From Candidatus Poribacteria bacterium (lineage in GTDB: Bacteria > Poribacteria > WGA-4E > WGA-3G), in NCBI GenBank assembly GCA_965205025.1, contig CBDBFU010000031.1, positions 49,045 to 113,044 of the forward strand: 64,000 nt of DNA, in the 5' to 3' direction. A program made the position numbers and the translations under genes. The notes under the pieces were generated by a model, which did not search any database, was not told the DNA's origin, and was given only the letters and a program-made list of their open reading frames with translations. Shown here one piece after another: positions 62,336 through 64,000 of this stretch (the first letter of the stretch is position 1; each line of letters starts with the position of its first letter).

Positions 62336-63544
62336 ATGTCAACAATCTTAAATATATCTCAAAATCATTATATTCAAGGTGGTTCTGACCGATATTTCTT
62401 CACAATGGGAGAATTATTAGAAAAATACGGACATACTGTAATACCTTTCACAGCAGCAAGTCCTAAGAACGAACCATCAGACTGGGAAAAATACTTTCCA
62501 CGCGCAGCTGATTTTGTAAATCCAAGTCCACTTGACATAATACGATATATATATAATTCTAAGGCTGATAAATCTATTAGAAAACTCTTGATGACAACAA
62601 AGGTTGATATAGCACACTTTCACATCTATTATGGCAAATTGACAGCATCGATACTTAACAGTCTTAATAAAGCAGATATCCCAATGATTCAAACACTTCA
62701 TGAGTATAAATTAACTTGTCCTGTTTATAGTCATTTATCCAATGACAAGATATGTGAAGATTGTGAAGGCAAACACTTCTGGCGTGCCATACCTAAAAAA
62801 ATGTAATAGAGGATCTATGGCTCGGACCGCTTTGAGTGTTACAGAATCATACGTCTCACGAAAATTAGGAAATGTGGACAAATTCGATCACTTTATCTCT
62901 GTTTCCCATTTTCATCGTAAAAAGATGATACAGTACGGTATACCAGAAAAATAAGATCACTGCTATCCACAACTTTACAGATGTCTCTCTGTTTGAACCC
63001 AATTATTTAGTTGGTAAATATATACTCTATTTTGGGAGAGTACATCAGAGTAAAGGTATTTTTACTCTGATAAATGCATCACTTAAAGTTAAAGAATTAC
63101 CTCTATATATTGTAGGAGATGGGGAGGCAATGACACAAATAAAGAAAATTAATTAATGAAAAATGAATGTAAACCATATTCATATATTAGGATTTAAACA
63201 AGGGGATGAACTTAGAGAATTAATACAGAATAGTATTTGTACAGTGCTACCATCTGAATGGTATGAAAAATTGTCCAATGTCTGTATTGGAATCTTATGC
63301 CTATGGAAAGGCTGTAATAGGGTCAGATATTGGTGGTATACCAGAACTCATTAAAGATAAAGAAGATGGTTTTTTAATTCCTCCTGCTAATGAAGATGAA
63401 TTACGTAAGTGTCTTAAATGGGTATCTGAAAATAAAGAAAAAGTCGTAGAAATGGGAAAATTGGGACGAAGAAAAATCGAAACCGAATTCAATGCGGATA
63501 TACATTATGAAAGAATAATGGATGTTTATAATAGATTTCTTTGA
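62336..63544 (+). CDS. Glycosyltransferase family 4 protein (frameshifted)
   Basis: GGSDRYFF, TLHEYKLTCP, FISVS, LPSEWYE/NCPMSVLESYAYGKAVIGSDIGGIPE spread over shifted frames. Confidence 0.8.
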
Positions 63545-63768
63545 TTATCACTTACGTAATTAATGAAATTCCATAAAATTTAATACCACAAAGATAATAT
63601 TACTCACTGCCTACATCTTTGAAAAACATTATGATTATATAGTATAATATTAAGTAGTAAATTAATTGGAAGTATACTATGCCAATTTTATATTCCAATT
63701 TGGATTGATTAAACAAACGTTACTTATCATAGTATCAAAAAAAATTAGAATTATAATTAGGAGGTAAT

Positions 63769-64000
63769 ATGAATAAAAGTCATTTTTATCTATTAGTTAT
63801 TTTGTTGTGTAGCATAGGTTTTATTTCGTGTGAACGAATACCTAATATGACAGAAACAATTATATCTGATGATAAAATAATAGAAACACCTAAGGACATG
63901 GATGATACTGATGACAGTCAAAATATGACTAATGGGATGACCATAGATGAAAACGGTTCCATGGTAATGGATACTAAAGATGATTCACCAATGAAAAGGA
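63769..64000 (+). CDS. Lipoprotein N-terminus (3'-truncated by window edge), possibly a substrate-binding protein
   Basis: AGGAGG RBS; MNKSHFYLLVILLCSIGFISCERIP; same CERIP start as the LivK-like protein at 41280. Confidence 0.6.
   Translation, partial: MNKSHFYLLVILLCSIGFISCERIPNMTETIISDDKIIETPKDMDDTDDSQNMTNGMTIDENGSMVMDTKDDSPMKR

Noticed and set aside
1-64000. tRNA, rRNA, retron/DGR reverse transcriptase, prophage or intact transposase
   Set aside because: No cloverleaf or rRNA-like segments noticed by eye; no RT, integrase, capsid or DDE/HUH transposase ORF in the six-frame track

Overview
AT-rich bacterial chromosomal segment of about 45 protein-coding genes. No rRNA, tRNA, CRISPR array or reverse transcriptase was seen. 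The gene content (two PhyH dioxygenases, a dockerin-bearing protein, LpxI, a T9SS-like C-terminal domain, dense REP/MITE mosaics) is most consistent with a diderm such as Ca. Poribacteria; this is inference only. Housekeeping and catabolic genes are interrupted by two accessory islands (about 8.2-11.7 kb and 52.3-57.3 kb). Highlights: (1) a cold-shock-domain protein fused to two Hfq/Sm-like domains (28228-29151); (2) a GC-richer three-gene cassette of secreted Cys/His-rich proteins (52608-55244) behind a ~270-nt structured leader that appears to contain its own cis-antisense sRNA with promoter and terminator; (3) a eukaryote-type (QNS1/NADSYN1-like) NAD+ synthetase inside a bacterial operon; (4) a dockerin-fused DppA next to a plain paralog; (5) a ~1-kb non-coding element present twice, bounded by terminal inverted repeats (TIRs) whose ends abut sigma70 promoters; (6) an Hhe-like DUF4011 helicase and a Hen1-Pnkp RNA repair operon. 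Genes beyond ~60.6 kb carry clustered single-base indels that are probably assembly errors.
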